Virus record (IMG/VR): IMGVR_UViG_3300027965_000212
Coordinates: 2,313 to 66,312 of that record
Reading direction: 5' to 3' (one strand)
From: a virus
DNA: 64,000 bases
Part shown: piece after piece, positions 61,807 to 64,000 of the stretch
Layout of the letters: each line of letters starts with the position of its first letter
Position numbering within the stretch: position 1 is the stretch's first letter
The notes under the pieces: model-generated
The model's database searches: none
What the model was told of the DNA's origin: nothing
Seen by the model: only the letters and a program-made list of their open reading frames with translations
Made by a program: the position numbers and the translations under genes

Positions 61807-62117
61807 ATGCCTGAGCGAGTGCAGCGCAAGCGGTCGACCGGCTGGAAGATGCCAGCGAACACGGTCTACGTCGGCCGCGGCAGTAAATGGGGAAACCCTC
61901 ACAAGGTCGGGATCTCGCTCGAGCGGAACGGTGACGGCACCTATCGGCGCATGACTGCAGAGGACGCAGTCGCTCGCTACCGCGACGAATATCTGCCGTT
62001 CTACATGGCGAACGGAGAGCTCGTCCCTGATAGCTGCGTGGCAATAATCTCGCTTGCTGGTGTCCGCTCGATCGGCCGTGTCACGCGGACGTGCTGCTTA
62101 GATTGGCAAACGAATGA
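61807..62117 (+). pseudogene. DUF4326-family gene with 1-nt frameshift near 62031
   Basis: VYVGRGSKWGNP in one frame; LRGNNLACWCPLDRPCHADVLLRLANE* in the adjacent frame, ending in ATGA overlap with the next gene. Confidence 0.8.
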
Positions 62118-62494
62118 GCCGCCCCCGTCTCAACTTCACGGCCGAGACAAAGCGCGCCGCGCTCCAGCGCTCAGGCGGCATCTGCGAATGTCATCGCGTG
62201 CCACAGCTTGGAAGGCCGGAAGGTTGTGGGGTGAAGCTCGTCGCCGGGCTCATTCGTTACGAGCACATCATCCAGGACGCGATCAGGAAGGACAACTCGC
62301 TCGACAATGCGGCATGCCTGACGAAAACATGCTGGCTTGAAAAGACTTGCACCATCGACATTCCGGTCATCGCCAAATCGAACCGCGTCCGCGATCACCA
62401 TTGGGGCACCGAGACCGCCCCGCGGGCGATCATCGTCGGATCACGCGCCAGCGATTGGAAGCATAAGATCTCGGGCGGATGGGAGCGCAGGTGA
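62114..62494 (+). CDS. HNH-like endonuclease
   Basis: RSGGICEC..C..YEH..DNSLDN..L..C..KT..D. Confidence 0.75.
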   Translation: MSRPRLNFTAETKRAALQRSGGICECHRVPQLGRPEGCGVKLVAGLIRYEHIIQDAIRKDNSLDNAACLTKTCWLEKTCTIDIPVIAKSNRVRDHHWGTETAPRAIIVGSRASDWKHKISGGWERR

Positions 62495-62754
62495 TGGCAC
62501 TCAAAGCCCCGACAGATGCCATTGTCGCGCTATTGCGGGAGCGCCCGGGGCTTACCGCTCGGGAGATCGAGGCGCATTTCAGCATCGAGCCATCCGGCTG
62601 CTTCAATCGTCTGATCAAGCTTGCCGCTCGCGGGATCCTCCGCGTCGAGGTCGAGAGCCGGTCTTTTCACCGCGATCCGCGTGGCCGGTGCTTCACGACC
62701 GGCGCGCAGACGCGGCGCTACTTCGCGCCGCCGATCCTCGAGGCCGCAGAATGA
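62494..62754 (+). CDS. Winged-helix hypothetical
   Basis: LLRERPGLTAREI..L.KL..RG. Confidence 0.55.
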   Translation: MALKAPTDAIVALLRERPGLTAREIEAHFSIEPSGCFNRLIKLAARGILRVEVESRSFHRDPRGRCFTTGAQTRRYFAPPILEAAE

Positions 62755-63149
62755 GCGCGCCAATCCTCCTCGCCGCAGCCGCCGCCGAGCTCGGCATGAC
62801 GCTCAGGGGGCTCAAGGATTGGCTTGCCCGCAACCCGATGGATGCTGCGGGCGAGCCGTTTTACAGCTTCCACGGCCGCGTTCGTGTGTTCTACGATACG
62901 GATATCGCCCGCATCCGCGCCGCCAAGCGGGAGGAGACCAGATGCCGTTTAAGCTCGTCCCGCCCCGTCAAGGGCAAAGCTCGAATTGGCGCATCCGCGG
63001 CACGCACCTCAAAGTCTACGTTGACCGCACTAGCGGAACTCCTAAACGATCCGTCGCTCGCTCCATCCGCGACGCCCTCGAGCGCGCCGTCGAGCGTGGC
63101 GAGTACCCGCCCAAAGAGGAAGCGCCCGCAGCTCGAGCTGGTGCGCTGA
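62751..63149 (+). CDS. Excisionase-like HTH protein overlapping the integrase 5' end
   Basis: AAAELGMTLRGLKDWL..GRVRVFYDTDIARI; position. Confidence 0.6.
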   Translation: MSAPILLAAAAAELGMTLRGLKDWLARNPMDAAGEPFYSFHGRVRVFYDTDIARIRAAKREETRCRLSSSRPVKGKARIGASAARTSKSTLTALAELLNDPSLAPSATPSSAPSSVASTRPKRKRPQLELVR

Positions 63150-64000
63150 CCTTCGCGGAAGCGGCCCTCGCCTATCTCAAGGCTGGCAAGCGGAAACGCT
63201 ACATCGGCAAGCTCGTCAAGCATTTCGGCGACACGCCGATCAGCTCGATCGACCAGGCGGCAATCAACGCCGCCGCTGATGCTCTCTGCCGGCCGGGCAC
63301 CGGCGGCGGCGGACGCAATGCGGCCGTCTATACTCCGGTTGCCGCGATCCTGCACCACAATGGCGTCGCCATTCAGGTGAAGCGCCCCAAAGGCGCCAAG
63401 GGCCGCATTGTTACCGACTGGCTGACGATCGAGGACGCCGCGCTGATCATCGACGCGGCCTATGCGATCGATGCCGAGTTCGGCCTCTATCTGAAGCTTT
63501 TGCTCTACACGGGCCCGCGTCGCGCCGAGCCGCTTAAATGGCTGCGCAGCGACTTCAGGGCCGACGAGCGCACCATCTGGACCCGGCGCGGCAAGAAAGG
63601 CATCGCGTCTAACGTCAAGCTCCGGCCGGAGCACGCCGAGGAACTCGCCAAGCACATCGCCGGCCATGAGCGCGAGCACATCTTCCGCTTCCGGGACGGC
63701 GGACACTTCGCGCACATGCTCACGCGCGCCAAGCTCAAGGCGCTCGGCCTGCCCTGCCCGACCACACGGCCGACCGGATGGAGGCCGCCGGCGAACCGCT
63801 TCGCGTGGGTCACATTCCACATTTTCCGCCACACATGGGCGACCTGGCTGCGCCTCTACGCCGGCTTCGATGACATCGATCTCGCTGCCACGGACAACTG
63901 GCGGGATCCTCGCAGCGCGCGACGCTACATGCATGCGCTGCCGCGCGGGCAATGGGACAAGGTCGGTTTGCTGCCGGATATCGCGCGGAAGAAGGCCTAA
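62942..64000 (+). CDS. Tyrosine integrase
   Basis: YTGPRRAE, K, HIFRHTWATW, W, RRYMH catalytic residues. Confidence 0.93.
   Translation: MPFKLVPPRQGQSSNWRIRGTHLKVYVDRTSGTPKRSVARSIRDALERAVERGEYPPKEEAPAARAGALTFAEAALAYLKAGKRKRYIGKLVKHFGDTPISSIDQAAINAAADALCRPGTGGGGRNAAVYTPVAAILHHNGVAIQVKRPKGAKGRIVTDWLTIEDAALIIDAAYAIDAEFGLYLKLLLYTGPRRAEPLKWLRSDFRADERTIWTRRGKKGIASNVKLRPEHAEELAKHIAGHEREHIFRFRDGGHFAHMLTRAKLKALGLPCPTTRPTGWRPPANRFAWVTFHIFRHTWATWLRLYAGFDDIDLAATDNWRDPRSARRYMHALPRGQWDKVGLLPDIARKKA

Larger units (their letters stand above)
1..64000. mobile_element. Prophage with lambda-like head/packaging module and Mu-like contractile tail; ends not resolved
   Basis: Contiguous integrase, cI/cro, replication, terminase, portal, capsid, sheath/tube, baseplate and lysis genes in canonical temperate-phage order. 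Confidence 0.97.

Overview
The whole window is one temperate prophage of a GC-rich alphaproteobacterium. Hyphomicrobiales/Bradyrhizobiaceae-like is inferred from an Omp25/RopB-like porin, a GapR/DUF2312 homologue and Rhizobiales-type REP hairpins. From right to left it holds: tyrosine integrase, early genes, a cI/cro switch with five GAAAG-N5-CTTTC-type operators, a DNA-modification/replication arm (ParB-MT-A70 fusion, C5 methylase, SNF2-methylase fusion, SNF2 helicase, initiator with iterons), a NusG-type late antiterminator, a lambda-like cos/terminase/portal/capsid module, a Mu-like contractile tail, a lysis region and a higBA module. No att site was identified, and the element probably continues past position 1. 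Three signals stand out. (1) A perfect 16-bp palindrome TGCGCCAATTGGCGCA occurs 7 times along the prophage, once inside a ParB-HTH-MT-A70 gene that also ends in a HiPIP-like 4-Cys domain, suggesting a parS-loaded sliding methyltransferase/regulator. (2) Six Sec-signal-peptide, mostly Cys-rich, beta-structured genes, including a 1360-aa GH74-like propeller, are embedded in the tail operon, next to an antisense FkbM methyltransferase. (3) Two of these exported proteins end in genetically encoded tmRNA/SsrA-like tags (ANDN...). All family calls come from motif recognition by eye; no searches were run.
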